Assembly: GCA_021798115.1 (NCBI GenBank)
Contig: JAJZYM010000008.1
Location: 3,709-67,708 of the forward strand
Direction: 5' to 3'
Source: Pseudomonadota bacterium
GTDB lineage: Bacteria > Pseudomonadota > Gammaproteobacteria > JAKAQQ01
DNA: 64,000 nt
Shown here: one piece after another, positions 46,255-56,508 of the stretch
Numbering within the stretch: the first letter of the stretch is position 1
Layout of the letters: each line of letters starts with the position of its first letter
Made by a program: the position numbers and the translations under genes
Notes under the pieces: model-generated
The model's database searches: none
What the model was told of the DNA's origin: nothing
The model's input: only the letters and a program-made list of their open reading frames with translations

Positions 46255-47517
46255 TTAGACCTTTCCGCCCCCCTCGTCAAGCTGAAGGAGACCGGCCATC
46301 AGGGACTCGCTCTCGAGGCTCTCCCCGGTGAGATGCATGGCGAGAACCTGACCGCCCAGAACCTGGGGGGCGACGACGACATCGGGGTGGACACGGCGGA
46401 TGCGGGCCATGTTGCGGGAGTTGTTCACGGCCGCGATCGTCTTGATATCGCCGCTCAGTTCACGGACCGCGAGGACGATGAAGGCGTTCTCGGAGTCGTC
46501 CTCTCCGAGGGCGAGGACCGCGCGCGCGTGCTCCACCCGGGCTTTGCGCAACACCTCGACGTCTGTCGGGTCGCCGACGACGATCTCGAGCTTGTCGTAG
46601 CCCGGGATCGTGAACGGTTCCGGAACCACGAAAACGACGGCCTGGCCGCGGGCGTTGAGCTCGCGGAAGGCGTTTCGGGCCAGCGAGGACTGGCCGGCGA
46701 GGACGAAGTGGTCGTGGTAGGGTTTGACGAGATCGGAAGGCATGAGAAACTTCTCGACGCGGCTCTGGAAGATGGGAAGGATGATGGCACTGAAGGCGGT
46801 CGTGAAGAGGACGACGCCCAGGACGATGATCGAGACGACGAAGAGACGCGCCTCGGCCGAGGCCGGCACGATGTCGCCGTAGCCGACCGTCGAGAGCGTC
46901 ACCACCGAAAAATAAAGCGCGGTGACGAGGCTGCGGATCGGCGGATGGAACTGGCGTCCGAGGGCGAGGCTGCCGAAGGAGGCGTACGCCAGGAGAAAGA
47001 CCACGCTGGTAAAGGCGTAGAGGGTGCCGCTCGCGAGCGAAGAGCGGCGAAAGTGCGGCGAGGCGACGACGAGAAGGACGAGAAGGAGGGCCGCGCCCTC
47101 CTGAAGAGGCGGCGGGAGCCCGCGGCGCAGAACGGCGAGAACGAAGAGCTGCCCGAGGAGATCCACGATCGCAAAGAGCCAGAACAGGCGGGAACGAAGC
47201 GGCAGCGCCGCGGCAAAGACGAGATCGATGAGTCCGAGGATGAGGCGCACGGGGTGGGCGGGCACCACCCACCTTCCCCGGACGAGCGCGACGAAAGGCC
47301 GGAGATCCGTCGGAACCAGGGGGACGAGGGTCGCGACCCCGAGAGCCAGAAACCCGAGGCTCGCAAGACGGGGAAGCCACCGATGCGCCCAGGGGTGATG
47401 CGCGAGGAGGCTGTAGAGGCCCCGGACCGTCCCCCCCCGTCGCCTCCGCCCCGCACTCACGGCGCCCCGCCCCCGGTCTCGCCCCCGTTCCTTTCCTCGG
47501 CTTTCACCCGGTCCCAC
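46255..47517 (-). CDS. Potassium channel with RCK/TrkA-N domain (Kch-like)
   Basis: The K+ selectivity filter TLSTVGYGDIVP is present after transmembrane helices, and a C-terminal Rossmann-like RCK domain follows (HFVLAGQSSLARN...). The start is probably downstream of the listed ATG (e.g. ~47427) to avoid overlap with mazG. Confidence 0.8.
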   Translation of the reverse strand: MGPGESRGKERGRDRGRGAVSAGRRRRGGTVRGLYSLLAHHPWAHRWLPRLASLGFLALGVATLVPLVPTDLRPFVALVRGRWVVPAHPVRLILGLIDLVFAAALPLRSRLFWLFAIVDLLGQLFVLAVLRRGLPPPLQEGAALLLVLLVVASPHFRRSSLASGTLYAFTSVVFLLAYASFGSLALGRQFHPPIRSLVTALYFSVVTLSTVGYGDIVPASAEARLFVVSIIVLGVVLFTTAFSAIILPIFQSRVEKFLMPSDLVKPYHDHFVLAGQSSLARNAFRELNARGQAVVFVVPEPFTIPGYDKLEIVVGDPTDVEVLRKARVEHARAVLALGEDDSENAFIVLAVRELSGDIKTIAAVNNSRNMARIRRVHPDVVVAPQVLGGQVLAMHLTGESLESESLMAGLLQLDEGGGKV

Positions 47518-47906
47518 AGGGCCTGGATCGAGGCGGGGTCCCGAGGGTCCGGCTCACCCCCGCAGGCCCGGGCGAGTTCGCGGTAACGGCGGTAGCGCCG
47601 CTCGAACTTGATCCGGGCCTCGGCCAGCGCGTGCTCCGGATCGAGCCCGAGAGCGAGAGCCAGGCGGCCGAGAACGAAGAGGAGATCGCCGAGTTCTTCT
47701 TCGATGCCCACCCGCTCGTCCACCGCGGTCACGAGTTCGTCCAGTTCTTCCTGCGCCTTGGCCAGAATCGCTTTGAGATCCGGCCAGTCGAACCCCTCGC
47801 GCACCGCGCGGGCCTGAAGCGCGAGGGCGCGTCCCCACTCGTCGCGCCCGACCGCGGCGTGCACCCCGGCCCGACGGTCCCGTACGGGGGGCCGGGAGCG
47901 CGGCAC
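47457..47906 (-). CDS. MazG-like nucleoside triphosphate pyrophosphohydrolase domain protein
   Basis: EELGDLLFVL and the W..L...QEELDEL pattern are typical of small MazG/YpjD proteins. The start is uncertain. Confidence 0.6.
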   Translation of the reverse strand: MPRSRPPVRDRRAGVHAAVGRDEWGRALALQARAVREGFDWPDLKAILAKAQEELDELVTAVDERVGIEEELGDLLFVLGRLALALGLDPEHALAEARIKFERRYRRYRELARACGGEPDPRDPASIQALWDRVKAEERNGGETGGGAP

Positions 47907-47912
47907 CGGACC

Positions 47913-49304
47913 TCAGGCTCCGGGAACCCCCCCGGCGGTGAGCCGGAGGGGATCGAGGAGTCGGTCGAGTTCCGCGGCCTCGAGCCCGCTCATCTCGAGG
48001 GCCACGTCCCGGACGCTCCGACCGCTCCGGTAGGCTTCCTTGGCGATCGCCGCGCCTTTCTCGTAACCGATGACGGTGTTGAGCGCGGTGACCAGGATGG
48101 GATTGCGGGCCAGCGCCTCGGCCAGTCGCCGTTCGTCGACACGGAAGCCCGCGATCGCCTTGTCCGCAAGGAGCGCGCTCGCCCGGGCGAGAAGGGTCTC
48201 GCTCTCCAGCACATCCCAGGCGAGAAGCGGCAGCATGACGTTGAGCTGGAAGTTCCCCGACTGGCCGGCGATCACCACCGCGGTGTCGAGCCCGATCACC
48301 TGCGCGGCGACCATCGCCGCCGCCTCGGGGATCACAGGGTTGACCTTGCCCGGCATGATGCTGCTGCCGGGCTGGAGCGCGGGCAGCGCGATCTCCCCGA
48401 GTCCCGAAAGCGGTCCGCTGTTCATCCAGCGGAGATCGTTGGCGATCTTCATGAGCGAGGCGGCGTACGTCCGGAGCGCGGCGGAGAAGCCGACGACGGC
48501 GTCGGGCGAGGAGAGCGCGCGAAAAAGGTTGCCCGCGGGCGCGAAGCGGCTCCCGGCGAGCGCCGAGAGCTCGCGGGTCGCCCGCTCGGCAAAGCCGTCG
48601 GGGGCGTTGAGCCCCGTCCCCACGGCCGTCCCGCCGAGCGCCACGGAGCGCAGTTCCTCCCCGGCGCGGACGAGACGCTCGTGTCCGGCACGCACCTGCG
48701 CCGCCCAGGCTCCGAGTTCCTGGCCGAGAGTGAGCGGCACGGCGTCCATGAGGTGCGTGCGGCCGGTCTTGACGACCGAGCGAAGTTCTTCGGCACGCCG
48801 CTCGATGGTCGCGGCCAGGCGATCGAGCGCGGGCGCGAGCTCGCGCTCGAAGACGACGAGGGCGGCGACGTGGATCGCCGTGGGCACCGCGTCGTTGCTG
48901 CTCTGGCTCATGTTCACGTGGTCGTTGGGGTGCACGGGCTCGCCGAGCCTCGCCGCGGCCAGGCGGGCGACAACTTCGTTCACGTTCATGTTGCTGCTCG
49001 TCCCCGACCCCGTCTGATAGACGTCGAGGGGGAACTGGGCGTCGTGGCGCCCCTCGGCCACCTCGAGGGCCGCCTCCTCGATCGCCCGCGCCCGGGACGG
49101 ATCGAGAAGTCCGAGGTCCCGGTTCGCCCGCGCCGCGGCCGCCTTGATCCAGGCGAGCGCGTGGATGAACGGCGCGGGCAGCGTCCGGCCGCTGATGGGG
49201 AAGTTGCGCCGCGCGCGCTCGGTCTGCGCCCCCCACAGGGCGTCGCGGGGAACCTCGAGGGCCCCCAGGCTGTCGTGCTCGGTGCGGAACTCGGCTTCGG
49301 ACAT
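47913..49304 (-). CDS. fumC: Fumarate hydratase class II
   Basis: The signature GSSIMPGKVNP is present, and the N-terminus (HDSLGALEVPRDALWGAQTERARRNFPIS...YQTGSGTSSNMNVNEVVA) is colinear with E. coli FumC. Confidence 0.9.
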   Translation of the reverse strand: MSEAEFRTEHDSLGALEVPRDALWGAQTERARRNFPISGRTLPAPFIHALAWIKAAAARANRDLGLLDPSRARAIEEAALEVAEGRHDAQFPLDVYQTGSGTSSNMNVNEVVARLAAARLGEPVHPNDHVNMSQSSNDAVPTAIHVAALVVFERELAPALDRLAATIERRAEELRSVVKTGRTHLMDAVPLTLGQELGAWAAQVRAGHERLVRAGEELRSVALGGTAVGTGLNAPDGFAERATRELSALAGSRFAPAGNLFRALSSPDAVVGFSAALRTYAASLMKIANDLRWMNSGPLSGLGEIALPALQPGSSIMPGKVNPVIPEAAAMVAAQVIGLDTAVVIAGQSGNFQLNVMLPLLAWDVLESETLLARASALLADKAIAGFRVDERRLAEALARNPILVTALNTVIGYEKGAAIAKEAYRSGRSVRDVALEMSGLEAAELDRLLDPLRLTAGGVPGA

Positions 49305-49429
49305 GGGACGGTGGACTCCGGAAGTTGGGAAGACGGTGCGCGACGGAACGCGGTGAAAACCGAAGAGCTCGGTTATGATGGCACGGACGCGCCCCGCGAC
49401 GTTTCGGCGGCTATTCTAGCCCTCCTCCG

Positions 49430-50815
49430 GTGACGTTCCCCGACCCCCTCCACGCCCTCTCCCCGCTCGACGGCCGCTACGCGCGGGAGCTCGAGTCTCT
49501 GCGCCCGTTTCTCGGCGAACAGGCCCTCCTCGCCGCCCGCTGGCGTGTCGAGATCGCCTGGATTCTCGAGCTCGACACCCTGCGCCCCCCACTCTTTTCC
49601 CCGCTCACCGAGCGGGCGCGTGCCGAACTCGAGCGCTGGGCGCGGTCGTTCTCGGCGGAGGACGCCCGTCTCATCAAGACCCGCGAGGGCGAGATCGCGC
49701 ACGACGTCAAGGCCGTCGAATACGTGCTTCGCGAGCGGGCCGCCGCGGACCCGGAGATCGCCGGGACCGTGCCGTACTGGCACTTCGCCTGCACGTCCGA
49801 AGACATCAACAGCGCGGCCTACGCCCTCCTCCTCGGAACGGTGCGACGCGAAGCGCTCGCCCCGGCGCTCGACGAGATCCTCGCCTGGCTCGACCGCGAA
49901 GCGCACGCCGAGGCCGCGACGGCCATGCTCGCGCGCACCCACGGGCAGCCGGCGAGCCCCACCACCCTCGGCAAGGAGTGGGCCGTCTTCGCCGCCCGGC
50001 TGCGCCACGCCCGCGCCCGCCTCGAACGCGCCCCGCTCCGCGCCAAATTCAGCGGCGCCGTCGGCAACTACAACGCCCACCGCTTCGTCCGCCCCGACGT
50101 CGACTGGCCCGGGCGGACGGCCCGCTTCCTCGCCGGTCTCGGCCTCGAAGCGCATCCGCTCACCACCCAGATCGAGCCCCACGACGGGATCGCCGAGTAC
50201 TGCGATGCCCTCGCCGCGGTGAACACCGTCGCGCTCGATCTCGCGCGCGACGTCTGGGGGTACATCGCCCTCGGTCTTCTCCGCCAGCGTGCCCGCCCGG
50301 GCGAGGTCGGCTCCTCGACGATGCCGCACAAAATCAACCCCATCCGTTTCGAGAACGCCGAAGGCAATCTCGGCGTCGCCAACGCCCTTCTCCGGCACTT
50401 CTCGGAGAAACTTCCGGTCTCGCGCTGGCAGCGGGATCTCAGCGACTCGACGACGCTCCGCAACCTCCCGGTCGCTTTCGCCCACAGCTGGCTCGCCTGG
50501 CGCATGATCCGCCGCGGCCTCGACGAGATCGCCCCGGACCGCGCGGCCCTCGGCGCCGAGCTCGAAGCCCACCCCGAGGTGCTCGCCGAGGCGGTGCAGA
50601 CGGCACTCCGCGCGACGGGGGAATCCCGGGCCTACGAGCGCCTGCGCGACCTCACCCGTGGACGGACGATCACGGCGGAAGAACTGCGCGCGCTCGTCGC
50701 GACGCTTCCCCTCCCCGAGGACCTGAAGGAACGGCTCCTCCGGCTGACCCCCGCCACTTATCTCGGCTACGCCGCGGAACTCGCCCGGGGCGACGGCCCG
50801 CCGCCCCCGCCGTGA
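49430..50815 (+). CDS. purB: Adenylosuccinate lyase
   Basis: Colinear by eye with E. coli PurB (SPLDGRYA, HDVKAVEY, FACTSEDIN, GEVGSSTMPHKVNPIRFEN, SRWQRDLSDST). Confidence 0.9.
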   Translation: MTFPDPLHALSPLDGRYARELESLRPFLGEQALLAARWRVEIAWILELDTLRPPLFSPLTERARAELERWARSFSAEDARLIKTREGEIAHDVKAVEYVLRERAAADPEIAGTVPYWHFACTSEDINSAAYALLLGTVRREALAPALDEILAWLDREAHAEAATAMLARTHGQPASPTTLGKEWAVFAARLRHARARLERAPLRAKFSGAVGNYNAHRFVRPDVDWPGRTARFLAGLGLEAHPLTTQIEPHDGIAEYCDALAAVNTVALDLARDVWGYIALGLLRQRARPGEVGSSTMPHKINPIRFENAEGNLGVANALLRHFSEKLPVSRWQRDLSDSTTLRNLPVAFAHSWLAWRMIRRGLDEIAPDRAALGAELEAHPEVLAEAVQTALRATGESRAYERLRDLTRGRTITAEELRALVATLPLPEDLKERLLRLTPATYLGYAAELARGDGPPPPP

Positions 50816-51717
50816 CGGCGCCGGTCCGCATCGTCCCGGCCCGCTGGCCCGAGGACGCGGAGGCGCTCCGTCGGGTGCGCCGCACGGTCTTCGTCGTCGA
50901 GCAGAAGGTCGACGAATCCCTCGAGTGGGACGGGCGCGACGAGGCCGCCATGCATTGGCTCGCCCTCGACGCGAACGAGGCTCCACTCGGGACCGTGCGC
51001 CTCGAAGCCGACGGGAAGATCGGACGCATGGCCGTCCTCGCTCCCCGGCGGGGCACGGGCCTCGGGAGCCGGCTTCTCACCGCCGCGCTCGAGGCCGCCC
51101 ACGCGCGCGGTCTCGAGCGGGTCTATCTCCACGCGCAGGAACACGCCCTCGCCTTCTACCACCGGCACGGGTTCGTGAGCGAGGGGACGCGCTTCGTCGA
51201 AGCCGACATCCCGCACGTCACCATGACCCGCCCCTCCGCCGCTTCCTACCGCCTTGCCCTCGACGGAACCGAGGCCGTCCGGAGGGTCCTCTGGCTTCTG
51301 GGCGATGCGGCGCGGCGAAGCTTCGCCCTCCTGAGCCGGCGGCTGGCGCTCGCCCCCTACGCCGATCCCTATCTCGCCCGCGCCCTGACCGCGCTCGCCC
51401 GACGGGAGCGTGAGCTCCCGGTGCGCCTCGTCGTCCTCGAGCCCGAGCGACCTCTGCCCGCGCCGCTCCGCGACCTCGTCCACGATCTTCCGAGCCGCAC
51501 GGGCGTGCGGGCGCCGCCCGAGGAGACGGCCGTCGAGGCCGTCCAACCGCTGGTGCTCGCCGACGACCGCCACCTCCTTCGCTTCGAGGACGAGGAGGAG
51601 GGCCGCGGCCTCTTTCACTGGTCCGACCCGTCCGCGGGACGGGCGGCGCGTGGCCTCTTCGACACCCTCTGGAACGAGGGCGAGACGCCGGCCCTCTTCC
51701 GCCGCATGGATCTCTGA
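50812..51717 (+). CDS. GNAT-family N-acetyltransferase with C-terminal domain of unknown function
   Basis: The acetyl-CoA-binding region is GRMAVLAPRRGTGLGSRLLTAALEAA...YLHAQEHALAFYHRHGF. A GTG start overlaps the purB stop. The N-terminal part of the long track ORF (from 49978) is rejected. Confidence 0.65.
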   Translation: MTAPVRIVPARWPEDAEALRRVRRTVFVVEQKVDESLEWDGRDEAAMHWLALDANEAPLGTVRLEADGKIGRMAVLAPRRGTGLGSRLLTAALEAAHARGLERVYLHAQEHALAFYHRHGFVSEGTRFVEADIPHVTMTRPSAASYRLALDGTEAVRRVLWLLGDAARRSFALLSRRLALAPYADPYLARALTALARRERELPVRLVVLEPERPLPAPLRDLVHDLPSRTGVRAPPEETAVEAVQPLVLADDRHLLRFEDEEEGRGLFHWSDPSAGRAARGLFDTLWNEGETPALFRRMDL

Positions 51718-51726
51718 GAGGGCGCC

Positions 51727-52869
51727 GTGAGCCCGGACCCCTCTTGCGCGACGGAGGGCACGGAAGACCTCATCCTCGTCGGCCTCTCGGGCGGGGTCGA
51801 CTCCGCCGTCGCCGCCCACCTTCTCCTCGCGGACGGGCACAGGATCGAAGGCGTCTTCATGGACAACTGGGACAGCGACGACCCCTGGTGCACCGCCGCC
51901 GAAGACCTCGAGGACGCCCGACGCGTCGCCGAGCAGCTCGGCATCACGCTCCACTACGCGAGCTTTGCAGACGAGTACCGCACGGAGGTCTTTGCCGATT
52001 TCCTCGCCGGGCTCCGGGCGGGACTCACGCCCAATCCCGATGTGGCCTGCAACCGCACGATCAAGTTCGGGCTCCTGCACCGCTACGCCCGCCGTCTCGG
52101 CGCCGTCGCCGTCGCCACCGGCCACTACGCCCGCCGCGTCGAAACGTCGGCGGGCCCGTGCCTCCACCGCGCCCGCGACCTCGGAAAGGACCAGACGTAT
52201 TTCCTCCACGCCGTGGGCAACGAGGCCCTCACGATGAGCCTCTTCCCTCTTGCGGAGACGAGCAAGAGCGACGTCCGCCGCCTCGCCCGACGACTGGCGT
52301 TCCCCAACCACGCCAAGAAGGACAGCACCGGCATTTGCTTCATCGGCGAGCGGCCCTTCGCCGCGTTCCTCTCGGCGCATCTTCCGGCCGAACCCGGTCC
52401 GATCCGCGACGAGAAGGGGCGTCTCCTCGGCGAACACCGCGGCGTCGCCTTCTACACCCTCGGGCAGCGGCGCGGGCTCGGCATCGGCGGGCGGCGCGGC
52501 GCGGCCGAAGCCCCCTGGTACGTCTGCGCGAAAGACCCCGCGACGCGGACGCTCATCGTCACCCAAGACCCGCACCACCCCCGGCTCTGGAGCCGCACCA
52601 TCGAGATCGACGAGATCCACCGGTTGGGACCGTTCCCCGAGGGCTTCCCGGAATCGGGGCTCGGCGCGGTCGCCCGCTACCGGCAGCCCGAGGTCCCCTG
52701 CCGCCTCACCTTCAGCGGACCGACGACGGCGATCGTGCGGACGGAACGGCCTCTCTACGCCCCGACCCCCGGTCAGGCGCTCGTTCTCTACCAAGGTTCG
52801 CGCTGCCTCGGCGGTGGACGCATCGTCCGCGCGCATCCCGCGACGGGCCCGGAACTCTCCGACCTATAA
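51727..52869 (+). CDS. mnmA: tRNA-specific 2-thiouridylase
   Basis: The PP-loop is VGLSGGVDSAV. VFMDNWD, CNRTIKFG and ATGHYAR are conserved MnmA/TrmU blocks. Confidence 0.85.
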   Translation: MSPDPSCATEGTEDLILVGLSGGVDSAVAAHLLLADGHRIEGVFMDNWDSDDPWCTAAEDLEDARRVAEQLGITLHYASFADEYRTEVFADFLAGLRAGLTPNPDVACNRTIKFGLLHRYARRLGAVAVATGHYARRVETSAGPCLHRARDLGKDQTYFLHAVGNEALTMSLFPLAETSKSDVRRLARRLAFPNHAKKDSTGICFIGERPFAAFLSAHLPAEPGPIRDEKGRLLGEHRGVAFYTLGQRRGLGIGGRRGAAEAPWYVCAKDPATRTLIVTQDPHHPRLWSRTIEIDEIHRLGPFPEGFPESGLGAVARYRQPEVPCRLTFSGPTTAIVRTERPLYAPTPGQALVLYQGSRCLGGGRIVRAHPATGPELSDL

Positions 52870-52912
52870 TTTGCAGGCACGGCACGCGTGCCTCACTCCT
52901 GTGGAGATCGTC

Positions 52913-55579
52913 ATGGCCCCTCGTTCCCCCGATTCGCGCGCCGTCCTCGAGATCGGCGCTCACCGCTACACCTACTACCCGCTGCGCGCACGCGCCTCGG
53001 AGCGTGAACTCGCCCGGCTCCCCTTCGCGCTCCGCGTGCTTCTCGAAAACCTGATCCGCCACGAGGACGGCGAGAGCGTCCGCGCCGAAGACATCGCGGC
53101 CCTCGTGGCCTGGCGCGGGCAGGGACCGGAGGAACGGGAGATCGCGTTCCGTCCGGCCCGTGTTCTCCTCCAGGACTTCACCGGCGTTCCGGCGCTCGTG
53201 GACCTCGCGGCGATGCGCGACGTCGCGGCCGAGCTCGGCGCCGATCCCTCGCGGGTGAATCCGCTCCGCCCGGCGGAGCTGGTCATCGACCACTCGGTTC
53301 AGGTCGACGTTTACGGCTCGCGCGAGGCGCTCGAGCGCAACGCCGCACGCGAGTACGAGCGCAACCGCGAACGCTACGTCTTCCTCCGTTGGGGCCAGAA
53401 GAGCTTCGAACAGTTCCGGGTCGTTCCGCCCGACACCGGCATCGTTCACCAGGTCAACATCGAATACCTCGCCCGGGTGGTCTTCGCCGAAGATCAGAAC
53501 GGAACCGAGGTTCTTTTTCCCGACACGCTCGTCGGGACCGACTCGCACACGACCATGGTCAACGGACTCGGGGTCCTCGGCTGGGGCGTGGGCGGCATCG
53601 AGGCCGAGGCCGCGCTTCTCGGCCAGCCCATCACCATGCTCCTCCCGGAGGTCGTGGGCGTGCGTCTTCACGGCCGCTTGCCCGCGGGGTCGACGGCCAC
53701 CGATCTCGTCCTCACGCTCACCCAGAAGCTCCGCGCCCTCGGCGTGGTCGGCAGGTTCGTCGAGTTCTTCGGGCCGGGACTCGCCGCCCTGCCCGTGGCC
53801 GATCGGGCCACGCTCGGCAACATGTCGCCCGAGTTCGGCTCGACCTGCGCGCTCTTTCCGATCGACCGGGCCACCACCGACTACCTCCGCCTCACCGGCC
53901 GGCCGGAGGACCAGATCGCCCGCGTCGAGGCCTACGCCCGGGCGCAGGGCCTCTGGCATGACGAGACCACACCCGAAGCGGAGTACAGTGCCGTCCTCGA
54001 TCTCGATCTCGGCACCATCGAACCCTCGCTGGCCGGCCCGAGCCGCCCGCAGGACCGCGTGGCGCTGAGCGGCGTCGCGGCCCGCACCCGCGAGGCCCTC
54101 GCAACGCCGAAAGGCGCATCCCCGACCCCCGCCCGCGCTCCGGCCCGCGTCAAGATCGATGGACACGAGACGGAAATCCACGACGGCAGCGTCGTCATTG
54201 CGGCGATCACGAGCTGCACGAACACCTCGAACCCGGCGGTCATGATCGCCGCGGGCCTTCTGGCCCGGGCCGCCGCCGCCCGCGGGCTCCGCGCCGCCCC
54301 CCACGTGAAGACCAGCCTCGCCCCCGGCTCCCAGGTCGTCACCCGTTACCTCGAAAAAGCGGACCTCCTCAAGGATCTCGAAAAAGTGGGCTTCTACACG
54401 GTCGGCTACGGCTGCACGACCTGCATCGGCAACTCCGGCCCTCTTGCCGAACCGGTGAGCCGGGCGATCCGTGAGAACAAACTCGCGGTGGGCGCGGTGC
54501 TCTCCGGCAACCGCAACTTCGAGGGCCGCATTCACCCCGAAGTGCGCCTGAACTTCCTCGCCTCCCCGCCGCTCGTCGTCGCCTACGCCCTGGTCGGCCG
54601 ACTCGATGTCGATCTCACCCGTGAACCGATCGGCCACGACGCCCAGGGCCGAGCGGTGATGCTCACCGAGATCTGGCCCGACCCCGAAGAGGTGAGCCGC
54701 GTCGTCGACGCCTGCGTCCGTCGCGAACTCTTCCACGAGGTCTACGCCCGCGTCTTCGAGGGGACCGAGCTCTGGCGGGCCCTCGACATCCCCGAAGGCA
54801 CCCGTTACCGCTGGGACGAAAAGTCCTCCTACGTCCGCCGCCCGCCCTTCCTGACGGAGGTTCCGCGCCACCCCCGGCCGCTCACGGACATCCGCGGCGC
54901 CCGTGTGCTCGCTCTCCTGGGCGACTCGGTCACGACCGACCACATCTCGCCCGCCGGCAACATCCCCGCCGACAGCCCGGCCGGACGCTACCTTCAGTCC
55001 CTCGGAATCGCGCCCAGGGATTTCAACTCCTACGGGGCCCGCCGCGGCAACCACGAAGTGATGATGCGCGGGACATTCGCCAACATCCGCCTCCGCAACG
55101 CCCTCGTGCCCGGCGTCGAGGGGGGCTTCACGCTCCATTTCCCCGACGGCGAGAAGACCACGATCTACGAGGCGGCCATGCGTTACCGCGAAGAGAACGT
55201 GCCCCTCATCGTCCTGGCCGGCAAGGAATACGGAAGCGGCTCCTCGCGCGACTGGGCGGGCAAGGGGCCGGCGCTCCTCGGTGTGCGCGCGGTCATCGCC
55301 GAGAGTTTCGAGCGCATCCACCGCTCCAACCTGATCGGCATGGGGGTTCTTCCCCTCCAGTTCCGGGCGGGCGAGACCGCAGCCTCCCTCGGTCTCGACG
55401 GGCACGAGAGCTACGACTTCCCGGCCGCCATCGGGGACGGGACCGAAGAGATCGAGGTCGTCGCCCGCGGCAAGCGCGAAATCCGCTTCCGGGCCCGCGT
55501 GCGTCTCGACACTCCCATGGAAAGGACGTACTACCGTCACGGAGGGATTCTCCCCTACGTCCTTCGGCAGAAAATCTGA
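52913..55579 (+). CDS. acnA: Aconitate hydratase A
   Basis: The protein is 889 aa. It begins MAPRSPDSRAVLEIGAHRYTYYPL...LPFALRVLLENLIRHEDG, the typical AcnA start. The 4Fe-4S ligand regions are present (SCTNTSNP, GCTTCIGNSG). The start lies internal to the track ORF. Confidence 0.9.
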   Translation: MAPRSPDSRAVLEIGAHRYTYYPLRARASERELARLPFALRVLLENLIRHEDGESVRAEDIAALVAWRGQGPEEREIAFRPARVLLQDFTGVPALVDLAAMRDVAAELGADPSRVNPLRPAELVIDHSVQVDVYGSREALERNAAREYERNRERYVFLRWGQKSFEQFRVVPPDTGIVHQVNIEYLARVVFAEDQNGTEVLFPDTLVGTDSHTTMVNGLGVLGWGVGGIEAEAALLGQPITMLLPEVVGVRLHGRLPAGSTATDLVLTLTQKLRALGVVGRFVEFFGPGLAALPVADRATLGNMSPEFGSTCALFPIDRATTDYLRLTGRPEDQIARVEAYARAQGLWHDETTPEAEYSAVLDLDLGTIEPSLAGPSRPQDRVALSGVAARTREALATPKGASPTPARAPARVKIDGHETEIHDGSVVIAAITSCTNTSNPAVMIAAGLLARAAAARGLRAAPHVKTSLAPGSQVVTRYLEKADLLKDLEKVGFYTVGYGCTTCIGNSGPLAEPVSRAIRENKLAVGAVLSGNRNFEGRIHPEVRLNFLASPPLVVAYALVGRLDVDLTREPIGHDAQGRAVMLTEIWPDPEEVSRVVDACVRRELFHEVYARVFEGTELWRALDIPEGTRYRWDEKSSYVRRPPFLTEVPRHPRPLTDIRGARVLALLGDSVTTDHISPAGNIPADSPAGRYLQSLGIAPRDFNSYGARRGNHEVMMRGTFANIRLRNALVPGVEGGFTLHFPDGEKTTIYEAAMRYREENVPLIVLAGKEYGSGSSRDWAGKGPALLGVRAVIAESFERIHRSNLIGMGVLPLQFRAGETAASLGLDGHESYDFPAAIGDGTEEIEVVARGKREIRFRARVRLDTPMERTYYRHGGILPYVLRQKI

Positions 55580-55585
55580 ATCCCG

Positions 55586-55608
55586 GGCGGGCGGACCGGC
55601 CGCCCGCC
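55586..55608. terminator. GC-rich hairpin (9-bp stem ggcgggcgg/ccgcccgcc, 5-nt loop) between convergent acnA and the TauE-like gene
   Basis: Read directly, 7 nt after the acnA stop and 2 nt before the convergent gene's stop. There is no strong U-tract, so this is a candidate bidirectional terminator only. Confidence 0.35.
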
Positions 55609-55609
55609 T

Positions 55610-56419
55610 TCACAGGAGGTAGTTGACGCCCACCGCCGCGAGAAGGACGAGTGTGGCGAGGAAAAACGCCCGCGGGCTGATCCGCAAGTGCAGGCGGTTT
55701 CCGACCCCCACGCCGAGGAGGACGGAAGGCACCAGAAACAGGGCTCCCCCCGCCAGCCGGAAGGTGAGAAGGGCGAGCCCGGCGTAGATGAACACCCGGA
55801 CGACGTTGCCGATGAGGGCGATCCCCTGGAAGGTGGCGCGGAAGGCCCGCTTGTCGAGACGGCGCATCTGGAGATACGCGACGAGAGGCGGACCGCCCCC
55901 GCCGTAGAGGCTCCCGACGACCCCCCCGAAGACCCCCAGGGGGAAGCCCCAGCCGACACCGATCCTCGGGAGCCTCTCGGGCCTGACCACAAGGGCGTAG
56001 ATCACGTACAAGAGGATGAAGACCCCGAGGAATCGGGTCAGACTCTGGGCGTTGGTGTCCGCGAGAATGAACGAGCCCACGACGAGGCCGACGAGGCTCC
56101 CGGGAACGAGCACACGGAGTTCGGGCCAGCGGATCTCGTGAAAGTCGTACGCCCCAAGAACCGCAGACCCCAGGAGATCGAGGAGGAGCACGACGGGGAC
56201 CGTCTCCTTGATCGGGAAAAAGAGACTCAGGAGGGCTACGGAAATGAGCCCGGAGCCGAATCCGATCGCGGCCCGCACGTAGAAGGCCACGAAGACGATG
56301 ACCACGGCGCCGGCGAGAAGGAGGGGATGGTGCAGGAGATCCCCGGGGACGAGAGAGACCGGGATGGGAGAACCCTCGCAGAGACGGGACGGGGGGCGGA
56401 CGTCACAGCTTAACGGCAC
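55610..56419 (-). CDS. TauE/SafE (DUF81) family sulfite/anion exporter membrane protein
   Basis: It is a polytopic membrane protein with the Gly-rich repeats (GFGSGLISVALL; GGVVGSLYGGGG) characteristic of TauE/SafE. The true start is probably downstream of the listed ATG. Confidence 0.6.
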   Translation of the reverse strand: MPLSCDVRPPSRLCEGSPIPVSLVPGDLLHHPLLLAGAVVIVFVAFYVRAAIGFGSGLISVALLSLFFPIKETVPVVLLLDLLGSAVLGAYDFHEIRWPELRVLVPGSLVGLVVGSFILADTNAQSLTRFLGVFILLYVIYALVVRPERLPRIGVGWGFPLGVFGGVVGSLYGGGGPPLVAYLQMRRLDKRAFRATFQGIALIGNVVRVFIYAGLALLTFRLAGGALFLVPSVLLGVGVGNRLHLRISPRAFFLATLVLLAAVGVNYLL

Positions 56420-56508
56420 CCGACCTCGCGGGCGCGTGACGAGGAGAAATCCCCCCCACGTTCCTCGTTCCCCTAAAATCGCCCTGTCCTTCGATCCCTC
56501 CCGTCCCC

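Noticed and set aside
45202-47586. 794-aa + strand ORF spanning DegV, the small secreted protein, the K+ channel and mazG on the opposite strand
   Set aside because: It is antisense across four independent minus-strand genes and is Asp/Glu/Arg-rich low-complexity. It is a spurious high-GC ORF.
47554-55540. Several 500-940-aa ORFs antisense or out of frame to fumC, purB, mnmA and acnA. Includes 49978-51717 and 52250-55579, whose N-terminal portions precede the real starts
   Set aside because: The housekeeping genes are colinear with E. coli orthologues. The extended N-termini have no homology and overlap upstream genes, so starts were trimmed to the conserved N-termini.
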